Source: Paraspadella gotoi (lineage: Eukaryota > Animalia > Chaetognatha). From it: a DNA stretch of 64,000 nt. This document shows positions 35,536 to 48,253 of the stretch, piece by piece (position 1 is the first letter of the stretch; every line of letters starts with the position of its first letter). Under the pieces are notes generated by a model that did not search any database, was not told where the DNA came from, and saw nothing but the letters and a program-made list of their open reading frames with translations. A program made the position numbers and the translations under genes. The DNA lies in assembly GCA_051294375.1 (NCBI GenBank), contig CM119268.1:11257710-11321709 (forward strand). The letters run 5' to 3'.

Positions 35536-38500
35536 TCAGCCGATCTTGGCCCATCTGACGAAGTCAGGCACATCCTTTACGGGCACGTTACGGGCGATTG
35601 CTTTTACGCGAAGATTTCGGTCGTCGGTGAGCAGAACCGCCTCTCGGAGGAGACGCAAGGGCGCGCCAGGATCGTCCGGCATTTTCGCGGTAGCAGAGGC
35701 ATCGACCGGCGAGTCCTTCGTCAAATGCAGGCACGAATTGAGAATCAGGTCGTCGTTGTTTCCGCGAGAGCCGACTTGCGACGTGTCGACCTCCTCGCTG
35801 CGAAATGCGATCGTGTCTAAGATCGAACCCTTCGAAGTGATCGCACGGATACCGCTTTTGTACTTGAACTGATCCCGTACCCAAGATAGAGCCATTTTTG
35901 CACCCTCAAAAACCTGAACAATAAATAGTAGGCTCCTTTGTTTGAAAGTTGTTGATAGTTATATATTATCAACTAATAATATTATGGATGGAGGCCATAA
36001 ACCACCAAAGCCTATCCAAGGGGGCAAGATAGATTATTTATTAAATGAATAGATAATTTTTATATTGGTTGTACCAATTCATTAGTATATTTTTTCATGA
36101 TAAAATTTTGAGAAAATTTTTGAATTTAATAAAATATTTTATAACTGATAGTCTTCTGTTTTTAATAAAAAAATGAGAAGTTTAGGTTAAACGTGTCTAT
36201 CTGCTCTACAATTTATAACTGGAGAACACCAAATTGCATACCTTTTGCGCTTGTTCGTGCGTCTCGTAAGCGTCTGGACGGCACCCTTTGGCGAGACCTT
36301 CTAATTCCGTCAAAACGATTAACGGGATGACCAACGTTGTTGACAGCTGACTGTTTTTACAACCGATTAACTGAATCGCTGTCGGGAGAAATACGAAGTA
36401 TTATGCAAATTACGCACAGCGAATGTATATTGTATAAGGTTTGTAAGTACCATGGAGATGATCAATGTAGCAGTTAGTGTCGGGAAGCAGGTAACGAGGA
36501 CGAATCTCCAATTGAGTTGATCGCTTCTGAAGGTGACTATCGACCACCGCGCGTGCCGTCTCCTTTGCACGTTGCCTCTCCTCTATTTCCTGAAAAGATC
36601 CGTTTGGTAAGATCTGGTCGAAGCCCGAATTTAAAAAGGGACATACCTTTTGAGTTTTTCTTACCTGTCTCAAAACCTCTCGCTTCTCTCTCAATTCCTT
36701 GACGTGATCGTCCTCTTCCTTGTCATCTCTCTCGCCTGTTGACCGTTCTTCTTTCTCTTCCTCCACTTCGGGTTCACTCGTCCCACCGTCGACCGCGGTT
36801 TGGACTTTCGGTAAGTCTTCCGACGCCAGGTTTTCGCAGCCTGAGAGCGAAAGAGAAGCATAGGCTCTGTAATAACGACATGGTTTGATGATATACTATC
36901 TGTGTACCAAAACTTTAAAAAAATGGATTGCTTTTAGGTAAAAAATTAAAAAAATTATAAAATACAACAATATGCAAATGAGTTTTCGCGGATCAATTAA
37001 TTTTTTTCAAAATAAGTATCTTACTGTATTTCGGCTCGACAAGTGACTCGTAGGTGTGCGAATCGAGGTTGTAAGCTAGAAGGGGAGGATCGATGCCGCA
37101 GAGGTAGTCCGAGAACATCCGAAGTTGGGAGATGCGCAGGCATTCCTCGGCACGGTTCTGCTCCACGCTAGAATCCACGTAGGAATAATTGTGGGGCCTG
37201 AAAAATGTAAATGCGGGTGAGGGGAAAATAGTAACAAACTGAAGGAAGACGTCAACTCCATACACAATTCCCTTACTTGGACAGCAAAGGCACGAAACCG
37301 GCAAGAGAGACATCTTCGTCGAGGATGACAGGGCTTTTCCCTTCCTCCAAATGCGGACTCAGTTCGACGTCGTCGATGTCAACTCGCTTGAGAGCGTTGA
37401 AGAACGCCGCCAACGAACCGAAAACGTCCGTGCTGCGAGGGAAAAGAAAAATAAAATAAAATATTTTTCATTAATGGAAAAAAATATTTACAAATATCTT
37501 CAGCATATTTTATTTAAAGATAAAGATTAGTTTAAGGTGACGAGATGAAAAAAAAAAACTAATTTTAAATTTAAAACTAAATTACTAGCACCATTCCCAC
37601 CTAAAAGGCGGCGCGCTCCCCTCTTCCTCGTCCTCCACTGACTCAGCCACACTTCGACGCAGCGCCGTCGGAGGATTCCACAGGTCTACATGACAGGCGC
37701 ACCAGTCGCACCAGACTTTTACGACTGGGAGCAGCTGGGAGAGGGCTTCTCTCGTTGCCGTCGGTTTCGAGGAAGTCGATGGACCGGCGCTGCCCGACTC
37801 GATAAAGGGAGAAGGCGGCGCTTCAGCGTCCGTCGAGGCGTCGGCGATGATATCGGGAGAAGGGGGGCAACTCGCGGGCTTGTCGGACGAAGGCGGTTGG
37901 GCGGAGACGGAAGTATCGTCGGCCGGTGAATTCTCCGATGATTCCGTCTCGAGTAGCTGCGTTATTCGCTGGCAGCAGAGGCAAAAATTTTACTAATAAG
38001 ATTTCGGTTTAAAAATCAAATCATTCCAGCCGACTAGCTTTTAAAAAGTGTCCCTCACCTGCACAAGCAGAGCGAACATGTTAAATCCAAGCGAGAGTGC
38101 GAACTCTTGTAGAGGATTAGAAGGGGTGGAAGGACGAGAGTCGCTGTCCGCGGGAGAGAGCGCCGATGTCGCCGCTTGTTGCTCCACTTGAAACATGTTG
38201 ATTGCCATTAATTGCAACAGTCGCTGCTGCCCGACGGGACATGGCCGATGCGACAGCAGGCACTTGAACTCCCAAAGCAGCAGCGAACTAAGATGGGGAA
38301 ACGTTTCCATCCCGATCTTGGTGAACAGTCTGGAGAAAATTAAAAGTTGCAAATATTTTTGAAAAGTCATTGAAACTATGGCACCGATTTTTGACTGCGT
38401 CCAAACGTTAACCTGCCGTGGACGTTGAGGAATGACATGACGAATCGACGGTTCAGTTCCACCGGCGTCATCGTCTTCAACTCATCCTCGATCGTCGTTC

Positions 38501-39779
38501 TCGAGGTCGTCGATGAAGACTCCGAAGCTGTAGGTTCTTCCGCATCAGCATCGACCGACTAAAAAGATATTTTAAATTATTTTTGACATTAAATTAAGCT
38601 ATTAGTATTTCGTTGCTAAGTCGTACCTGCGACGAAACTACCCCGTCGGGCCCGATCCAAATCTCGACCCTCGGTGGAACGAAGGGCTTCTTCGACTTGC
38701 GCCTCTTCTTCGTCTCCTTAGCTTTTTTAGTCGGACGAAGCTTTTCCTTACGGCGCCGTTCCTCGTCCGCTTCATGCTTTTTACGAACCTAGCGGTGAAA
38801 AAAACTCATTTGATTATTACGATAATGTGGCGGTATATTCACACCGCCTCACGTCCACCATCGTTCAGCCAATATCATTGGCTCAGAGGGGGAACGCACC
38901 ATCCCAGGCGTTGCGTTCTATCCACAGTCCTAACACGACTTCCCTGTGTTGGCAAAGCGAGACCGTCCTAGGGTAACCGCGCCAGTGACTGGAGGCGTCA
39001 CTAAGAGTCGGAATCCCCCAAAGCCAACAGTGAGATGCCCCATCTCAATGGGCATCACAGGCAACCCGGCTGTTGCCATATTAAAATATTTTCAAATAAA
39101 ATAGAAGATCTCACGTCGTCAAATATAGAGTTGAGGGATTCTCTCGCGGTGATGAAGGGGTTGCTGGCCGCTAAGCTGCGCATATAGTAGTAGACGGCGT
39201 CTAATTTTCGCTTCGTGTAGACCGCAAGGATAGCCAATTGATTGTAGGGTCTCCCATTCTTTGGCGCGAGCTGCTGTGCCTTTAAGTAGTAGCTACGGGC
39301 CTTACCGTAGTTGGGATTAGGGTAAGTTTGTTCGCGATACCTACGAATGCATAGACGTTATAGTGACTAAAGAAATTAAAAGCAAGTAATTTGGGCAATA
39401 TTGTAAATTACGTAAATTAAGTAACTATAGAGCGTGATCGGTGAGTCTAACCTTGCGATATCTCCCAGGGCGATGAGGCACTTTTGGGCGGAGACGAGCG
39501 CCATCCTGACGGCGCGGCAGAGGCCCTCATTGCGGAAAGGCGTTGGTCTCTCGACAAAGTCGGCCACAGAAATTTGAAAAGTCGTCTCGAGACGCTGGAG
39601 GAGGGAGTCGTAGAAGAGGACGGCGTCGTCGAGGACCTGGTAAATCTCGGCGCGAGCCTGAGAGAAAAAATTGAAAATAAGAAATTTTTTTCTTAAAACA
39701 GACAGGTTTCTACTATGATTATAGCTTTTATCAGCGCAAATTGACAAATTAGACAAATTTTCACAAAACGTGTGTGTGT

Positions 39780-39811
<32 letters not shown>

Positions 39812-42800
39812 AAAAGAAAGAATGAGAGAGAGATGAGGTTAAAGTTTCCAACAAAAAATTGAGAGATAAAATAGTGGTGAGAAGTTGAGGACAGCTAAAG
39901 AGTGAGGAAAGTGGGAAAGAAGTGAAAGGTCAGAGATTTAAATGCATACATTAAGCAATGTACATTTGTACAACACGGTGAATTTTTTTTTTAAACTGAA
40001 ATTAACAATTAAATAAAATAAGTTGATTGAACTACAACTAAAGAAAAATTAAAAGTTAATTAAAGTTAAAAATATACAATCGAAAGAAAAACAATACTAT
40101 AAGAATTGTTAAAGAATTATGTAATTTAAAAACTCACTTTTTCCTCAGCCACTTTATCGCCCTCCTCTTGCGCCTTAAGGAGGCCCTTGCGTGAGAGTTC
40201 GATGATTTGGTAAAAGCAAGACTTCCACAGGAGTTGCTCGAGGTTGTTCTTGTTTGAAAGTTCAAGGTCGAGAAAGAGCAGATCCACCAGGAGGGAGCAG
40301 AGCCTCTCGCGCCTTTCTATCACCTTGGGGACGTTTTCATCGTTGAGGGGCCAGCGCGACAGAAGATTGCTTAGTTGATTGTCGACGGCCGTCACTTCTT
40401 GAAGGAGAGCGTCGAACTGTTGCAGCTTAGAGGGCTCTCGGTAAGGAGCGCCGCCCGTTGGGTCAGAATGCGCGAAACCGCCTCGCGCCATAGGAGCGCC
40501 TGGATGCGGCATACCGGCGGGACCTCTGGCCCTAAGATACTGCGCATGAGCCATAGAGGAAGCCTCGCCACTCGGGTGAAAAGCTTCACCCGAGCCATAT
40601 TCTGGCCCATAATAACCGGGATTGGCGTACGCCGAGGGATGACCGTACGGCGGTGGTCGGTAAAAGTTTTGCGCTTGTTGCGGTTGACCGTGCGGTTGTT
40701 GCATGTTTGGAGGCAAAAATCCTGGATGAGGCGGCGGCACCCTTCCACCTCCGTAATAGCCAGAGTAATGCTCCGGAGTCGGATAAAGAGAGTGAGGGGG
40801 TGTATCGGGCGAGTCGACGGAGGGCGCCCTCTGGGCCTGCGATGCCATTAGCGGCTTCGTCGGATTGCGAGGATCGTAGAGGCGATCTTCGTTGTATACC
40901 GACACTTGATGTCGATCATGGCGCCTTTCCTTTTGTTGTTGCTGTTGTTGCTGCTGCTGCTGTTGTAGGTATTGCTGACGAAATCTAGGCGGGGCATTTT
41001 TCGGAGGAACGAAGTGCTTTGGAGGTGGGGGATCTGCAACTGTAAAGAAAATGTATAAATAATTTTTATTGCCTCTACATTAAAGCGTATATAGTAAAAA
41101 TTCTATATTTAAGTTTATTTAAAATTCTAAAAGTGAGGAGCGAACAACATTAAACTAATGAACATTTATGTATAAAAAAAAGTAGGCCATATTTATACAT
41201 AGTACTAATCCATTAAATGTTAACATTTTAAAATAGTTTTCTGTAGGATTTTTTTGCAGATTTGGATTCGTCATGAAAAGTTGATATAAAGAAATATAAC
41301 TCTTTTTTAATAACTATTTCATTAAGTTGGTCAAATATAAGAAAAAACCTATATTTTAAGCTAAAAATTAAAATTTTATATATTAAATATAGTTTTTTTA
41401 AATTTTTAACCCACTTAATGAAAGAATTTTTAAGCCTGATCCGAAGCTCAGAGACTGCTTATATTGAACGGTTCGGTCACTAACTCATAACAATAATTAC
41501 CGTCTCTTCACAATCAAAATTAAGAAAATTTTGAAATTTTACGATTTTATGAGGATAGTACTATAAATATAGCCTACTGCGAAAATTAACAAGTTTGAGC
41601 AAACAATGTCGGATCTGCCTACGATAATTAAGCGGTAATGAGCTAATCCGATGATAAATCATGGTAATATTTTCTAACTTTCTATTTGTTATCTTAACAG
41701 ATCATAACAAATTGTAACATAACAAATCTTAACAGACTTCTTAATAAATCTTTGAAAAAATCTATAAATCAATTGATCTATCAATCATTACCAGTAGCTG
41801 CTAATACCAACTTGCATAATTTAGTCAACTTGCAAAATTTGCTCAACTGACATAATTTGATCAACTGACATAATTTGCTCAACTGGCATAATTTGGTCAA
41901 CCGGCTTTATTTGCTCAACTGGCATAATTTGGTCAATAGGCATAATTTGTCAAGCAATCAATCAATCAGAGAGAGATAGAGAGGGAAACTTTAAATCCAT
42001 CCAATCACGAGTAATTGGAGTATTATGCTAAGGGGGGACGGAGAGACGGACGGACGGACGAACACCATTTTTTTTTGGCATAATTTATCATAATTTGATG
42101 TTCTGACATGTTCTAAGTTAATGACCGACAAGATTTGGGGGGTGGACAGACGGACCGACAAAGTAAATATTTACGATAAGCAGATCTGACTAAAAATATA
42201 ATTTTTTTTTTGGATAAATTAATGTTTACTGATGTTATGTTGTTCATATTTGAATTTTAGAATTTTTGTATGCAACTTTCTACGCTCTGCTCTACATGGT
42301 AACAATTCTAAAACAGCCGTTAAAAACGCTCCCATTTGCAAACCATTATTTCATTGATTTTAAAAGTTGAGTAAAAAATACCAAAATCATTTGTTTTCAA
42401 ATTTTATATTCATCAGTTAAGATATGCCTTGACAATGAGTGGAAAAAGTTGACTTTTAAAATGGGGTTTCAATTTCTAACTCAGTTTTTAAATTCAATTT
42501 TTTAAAACTTTTAATACTTTTTAGATAAAGTATTTATTATTAATATGAAAAATTTAAAAGAATGATACTTACGAAAGCTCTTATATAAAAATTAAGCTGC
42601 CCAACCCCGGTTCAGGATACCCTATCACATTTTAATAAAAATTTTAAATTTGCCCTACAGCTATTGATTTTTTGAAAGATATCTCGTTTTTGACTATCCT
42701 AATTAAATTAAAGCTGGGCCAGTTAAATTTTATACTACAGTATTCGTAAGTACATCATTCTCTGATTTGCAAGGGCTTTCAGAAGATAATAATATTAATA

Positions 42801-45800
42801 TCATTTTATTTTAAATTTCTTCACTGGAAGTAAGAGAAAAAAATTGAATTTAAAACACAGCGAGTTTAAAAATCAGAGACGATTTTCAAATCTATCTTCC
42901 TGCTATCATTGCTTCAAGGCATATCAAAGTCGATTCTGATAAAATTTGCATATATAAATAGTTAGGGTATTTACTTTTAAATTCATATTTAACATTTAAC
43001 AAGTTTGAGCAAACAATGTCGGATCTGCCAATGATCATTATCGGTAATTAATTAATTAATAATTAAATAATTCAAGTTAATTAACTAGGCATTTAATTAA
43101 TTAATTTGATCCCAAATGTTTGTTTTTAGGTCTTTTCGCCACTAACCACGACAATATCAATGACGATAAGAATAATGCCGATAACGATTGACTTGATTGA
43201 TTGACTGATTAATTAATTATTGATTAATTAATTGACTAATTGATTAATTAACTGATTATTTTATTAATTAATACATCTTGTATTTACATTTAATATAAAA
43301 AAAAAAGAAGCATAATCAATTAGTGAAACAGATTTTTTTTGTTTTTCTCATTTAAACTCAATTCCACTCAAACAATTCCATCAAAACTTGATTTCCAGTT
43401 TAATCATACTTTTCTACCCACATACAAAATATCAGGTCAATCGCCGCATCCACTCATGAGCAATTGGTTTTCAAATAGTGAAATATATTTGTTTGTTTTT
43501 TCCACTCATTTCCATTCGGATGATTCAAAAACTTTGATTTTCTCATAATTTATCATAATTCGATGTTCTGACATGATATAAGTGCCCGACAAGATTGAGG
43601 GGGCGAACCGACGGACCGACAAAGTGAATTATAGAGTCGGGATCTGCTGATAAGCAGATCCGACTAAAAAAACTTTATGGGTTTGCAAATGGCAGCTTTT
43701 TTTAGCGGCGGTTTTAGAATTGTCATCAAGTAGATGTATGTTGATAACATCTTTTTGAATAAAGCGATACCGGGCGGAGATGGAGTCTTTCTCGCGGCTT
43801 CCATAATTCCTTCGGGTATCCTGATGATTCCGCCACCCTTGCCCGAGCGCGATGGGTCATTACTCTCCTGCTCTTTAACCTTTCCAGCAGCTCCAGTGTT
43901 AGCGTTAGGAACTGTTGATGAAGCGATTTTTGCTTCTTTGCCGTCTTTCTCTTTTCCCTCGGAAGAAAAGCGAGACTTTTTATCCGACTGAGACCGATTG
44001 CTGTCGTACGAACTGGCCGAGTCCTGGCGACATCGTTGTCGATTTCTATCGCCTGAGAAATAAGCATTTTTCGGTTTAAAATATTTATAAATCAAGAATT
44101 TGGTCCCCCCTTTGGGAACTCAAATGATTCGAACAAAGACGACGACGAATATAATAACGAAGACGACGACGAAGTCTTTGTACTTTGTGACCCGTAGTGG
44201 TCAGTAAGAATAACCTTTCCTAACCAAACAGAATGACCTTGTTATGGCTGACCTTTTCCAGCCAATGTAAATACGTATTTGTTGTTGTTATTTTTACCTT
44301 TTTGATTTTTACTTACTTATTTTCGTTAATATATGTTTTCTCTTCTCACAAAAAACACGTCTCGAATTTTTCTCTAAATTCTTATTTTTGAGTCACCTCA
44401 CCCCCAAAATATCTGAAAACAGAAAACGTCGAACCTTTCCCTTTGTCTTCCCTACGATCTTCCTTGCTTCTCCGAGGTGATTTGGATTTAGCATCATCTT
44501 TGGGTTTGACGGGCTCCTGTTTGTCCCGAGGGTTGTTCTCTTGTCTGTCCTTCTGTTTGTTTTCATTTTTGTCGCGAAGTTTTTCTTCGTGTGACGGCGT
44601 TTCGTTTTGAGGAGAATTAATATCACCAGTATTGGAATCCTCCATTTTAATTTCAAGCTTGCCTTCTTTTTCGAGCTTCAGTTCTTCCTCGTACATTTTA
44701 TCCTAAATAAATTTTTAAATGTTAAATTTTGAATGTAAGAATTTTGTTCGGTCATCCTCATTGACTCACCCTTTCAAAATCTTCTATCTCGGCGCTCCAC
44801 GATTCCACAAATTCACGGTCACGCGTGAGAACCTCGAAAGAGCATTCGGACTGACCGGAAGCTTCCTCGCTTACGTCTTCCATGTCGCGGGACCGTGGTC
44901 GACTTGACGACCCGCCACTGTCCGCGTGAGCTTCCTCTTTCAGTCTCGACGCCTCCTCGTCTAACTTTCGCTTCACGTCCCTGACATTAATGGCTCCGCC
45001 GCCTCCTCGGCCTCCGCGTCGGTTCAACGCCGGATTTCGCCCCTGAGGGGCAGGAGGTCCTCTTCGTTCGTCCCTCCGAGGAGCCTCCTTATCTCGTCTC
45101 CGATCCACGTCTCTCTTCTCAAAATCTCTGCCTTCGTCTCGACGTCCGTCGCGCCTTTCCTCCTTTTTCGCTTCTCTCTCCACAGACGGTCGACCGCGCC
45201 TCTCGTCGGTGTATCTCTTTCCGCCAGCCACGCCGCCTCCCGGACCGCAACCGCCGACGCCACTTCCGCCCCAATCCTCCCATCCTTTATCGCTCCCAGT
45301 GCTCGTTGTCCGGTTGCGATGATTATAGCCGAGCCGCCCCTGATCCAAGGAATCTTTCGACGAAGATCCTTTAACCCTGTCCCCTTGCTTAAGCTTGTCG
45401 TGCTGGCTGAAGGTTCTTGTGAGGCTGTTGCTGCCCGACAGCTGGTTTGTTACTTCCATTTTCTCTCTCATACTTTCGCTTCTGTTAATTCCTCCGTGTG
45501 GCGGGCCCTTGTCCCAACTCTCCCCGCGCCCATCTCTTCCATTATGCCTGCCCTTACCACGGCCACTACTGCTTCCGGTGGAATCTTTGTGAAACCTTCC
45601 CCCCTTCGTCTCCTCTGGGTTTCTTCTTTCTTTTCCCGCATCCACCTCAAAATTTTCCTTGTGTGGTCTCCCGAACTTTTGGGAGTAACCGCCGACGCCA
45701 GCGTCATCCCGAAGTCCGCGCTGATCGAAGCGATTTCCGGCGGCGGCCGCTCCCGGGTCCCTTGGGTGTGGCCGCTGATGATAATCGTCTCTCTTACTTT

Positions 45801-47103
45801 GATCGTGCGGGGTTTGATGATCATAGTCTTCGTAGTGCTGTTGCCTCCGATCTATTCTGTAAGCATCGTCTCTTCTCTCTCCACCCTCGTTCCGAATCTG
45901 CCTTGCGCCGCGGAAATGTCGCTCATCTTCCACCGGTGGCGCGTAGAAGTCCCCTCGGTCAGGGCGCGCCTCCTTCTGTCGACCATCTTTAGATGGATTG
46001 TTCCTACGTCCAGAATCTTTCCAAACTTCGCGTTGGTTTTCCTGGGATTGTTGCGACTGATGCGTTTGCGGTTGAAGCGGTTGCGATTGTTGTTGCTGAT
46101 GATGATTATTCGCTCGGCCATGATTAAACTTAGGACTTTCCTCTCTGAACTCTGTGTTTCTTCCAACGTTCTTGTTCTGTGAAGGGGGATGCTGCCTGGA
46201 TTCACGCTTTCCGCTCCGATGTTCAGCGACGTGGTGTCCTCCCCGATGATCGGCAGGGTGCTGTTGTCCGCTTCTGTGATCCGAGGCGTGATGCGGTGCA
46301 CCCCGGTGATTAGTCAGCGGACTTTCGCTTCGATGTCGATCTTCGGCTTTTACTGAATGTGCCTGAAAGGGTGAGATGATGGCAGGCGAATGTTATATCC
46401 TTATCTACGCTTCACTGATGAGAACAGACGTTAAATCTTTTCGTTCTCGTCTCGATTACTTACCTGCGACGATTTTCCTTTTCCAAATTCGGTTTCTTCG
46501 TGACTGGATCCTGTGTCGCCGGTATCCCCACGAGCTTTTGGAACGTAACGCGGGATATCCGGTCGCTGAGAATTAACATTTTAACCCACTACAATGAATA
46601 ATTTACGAGATAAGTACATATAAGGTAGTAATTACGAAAATAAGAACCTTTGGCTTTGACCCAAAACTGCTAGCATCTGTCAATGAAAGTTCTGTGAGTC
46701 GCTGTTGTAACGAAGAAACCTCGGACGAATGTTTGGAAGATTTTTGTTCCGCCGGGGCGTGACCAGATCCGCGATCGCCGCTTCCACTCGGAGAACCGTC
46801 GCCGCGCTTCGACAACTTTGAAACGCCCGCCTGATAAACCTTATTTCAAAAACCATAGTTTTTACCGAATTATCAAATTCGGTAGTATCGAAAAATTCCG
46901 ATACAATACATACCTGCATAACGGGTCTCTGCTTTTTGTTTCCATGATAATATTCATCGCCGTAATCTACATTTCTACCCCTCTGACCTCGATGTTGGGA
47001 AGGAATTTCTCTCCCATGCATCTGAAATTAGTTGGAGTACGGTATCATAATTATGTCATGACGTGACAAATATTGGTATCCTCACCCCTGATGCAGACGC
47101 CAT
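35536..47103 (-). CDS. SMG6: SMG6/EST1A nonsense-mediated decay endonuclease, many exons
   Basis: N-terminal EJC-binding-like motifs (RPVMQ|IYQAG, RPDIPRYVPK); Est1/TPR region (LEQLLWK, ALGDIARY, PKNGRPYNQLAILAVYTKRKLDAVYYYMRSLAASNPF); PIN domain (LLPDTNCYIDHL, NNDDLIL, LLTDDRNLRVKA). The ATG at 47103 is inferred. Confidence 0.93.
38826..39078 (+). mobile_element. ~255-bp structured dispersed element carrying a twister ribozyme fold, copy 2 (SMG6 intron, antisense)
   Basis: Homologous end to end with 11683-11942. Confidence 0.85.
38947..39029 (+). ncRNA. Predicted type-P5 twister ribozyme, copy 2
   Basis: UGUUGGC AAA GCGA GA CCGU CC-UAG-GG UAA CCGC GC CAGUGAC-loop-GUCACUA AGAG UCGGAAUC CCCC AAA GCCAACA. 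The conserved L1 GA is intact; T2 and P4 carry substitutions. Confidence 0.68.
41588..42192 (+). mobile_element. HINE/DINE-1-like element, family B, copy (SMG6 intron)
   Basis: Starts aacaagtttgagcaaacaatgtcggatctgc and ends gcagatctgactaaaa (subterminal IR); GGAC microsatellite; internal ~21-bp tandem repeats. Confidence 0.78.
42370..42980. repeat. Degenerate AT-rich palindromic MITE-like remnant (approximate limits)
   Basis: gatatgccttga...aaattcaatttt is mirrored by aaaattgaattt...tcaaggcatatc. Confidence 0.4.
42998..43666 (+). mobile_element. HINE/DINE-1-like element, family B, copy (SMG6 intron)
   Basis: Same 5' end; 3' hairpin ggatctgctgataagcagatcc followed by gactaaaa. Confidence 0.8.
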
Positions 47104-47589
47104 GGTTTTCCGATGGAGGTCATCCAACCCCCTTTGACGATGATAATATCAGCGAGTATAGCACACATATACAAGAAAAACTTGACCTGGTAAACGTTTC
47201 GTATTAAAAGAAAAACTGGAAAAGAAATATATCCAGCATTATGCACTCAAATAAAAGAACGAATGGGCGACTCAATAAAAATTTTACTAAGTGAGAAAAT
47301 TAAACTGGAGCCACGAGGGTGGTATCCGGAATAAATTGAACGTTTCATGCACAGTTATGGCCAGTACACAAATCCGCGCGGATTTAAACGCTCGTAATCA
47401 TCATGACGTCGCGATAACCGCACTGGAATTCCGTTTTTTTCTTTTATGATTTTCACGTCATCGAGGATGAACCGATGATTCTGAGGCGGCGCCGAAGACT
47501 CCAGTGTCCTCTCCGTATTAAGTCCGTCCAACGTTGATGGAGCCATTCGTCGAAAGTCGAAAGTCGTAACGTCCAAATCTTTTTTCCGC

Positions 47590-47960
47590 CTTTGCCTGGA
47601 GCCCGGAAAATGGGGGCAATGAGATCCGAGGAGGATTACGCAAAGGAGGAGCGAAAGAGAGGGCGAGAGGTCGAGTCGCTGTCGTCTCTCTCTCTCTCGC
47701 GCTCGCGAACAAAAGGTATTGACGATAGCCACAAAGTTGGGTACCCGGAATTAACTTATTTAAGGCTATTTTTTAAAATTAAAAATATATATTGTAGCTA
47801 ACCGTTAAAACCTGTTCCATTTCAAGATATTTTCGGCGCCGATCCATATTTTTCTGGCGTCATCAACTCAAGTTTTTGCGACGAAGATAGACGAAGTGTC
47901 CACCGTCCGCCAGCGACGAGAACCTCGACTCGAACAAGAGACTTACTCCACACAAAAAAA
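47590..47960. promoter_or_regulatory. Probable bidirectional promoter between SMG6 (-) and TMEM19 (+)
   Basis: The only head-to-head gene junction in the window; CpG-rich with GA/CT tracts. Inferred from position. Confidence 0.45.
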
Positions 47961-48253
47961 CGCACTGGATTTACCAAAATTAACATTTTCCCTCCTGATT
48001 TCTGTTGAAAACTTGTATTTCTACTTAAAAGTTAAATTCTACAACGACCCATGCCTCGAATGCTCAACTCTTCGTTTGCTATTTATCTTCTCAAAATAGG
48101 GGAAAAATCCACATGCTTCGGATTTATTTTCAATGAAAAAATGCCACTTTTTCATTATTAATTAGGACGTTTGATACAAATTTAATTTCGATGATAATAT
48201 TTTTTGGTTTTCATTATCGCATTTTTAGAGGTTTGTTGACTCCGTTTACAAAA

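Noticed and set aside
46414-46450. CTGATGA hammerhead-like box in a SMG6 intron (also at ~2243 and ~10593)
   Set aside because: No correctly placed stem II, GAAA and NUH triplet.
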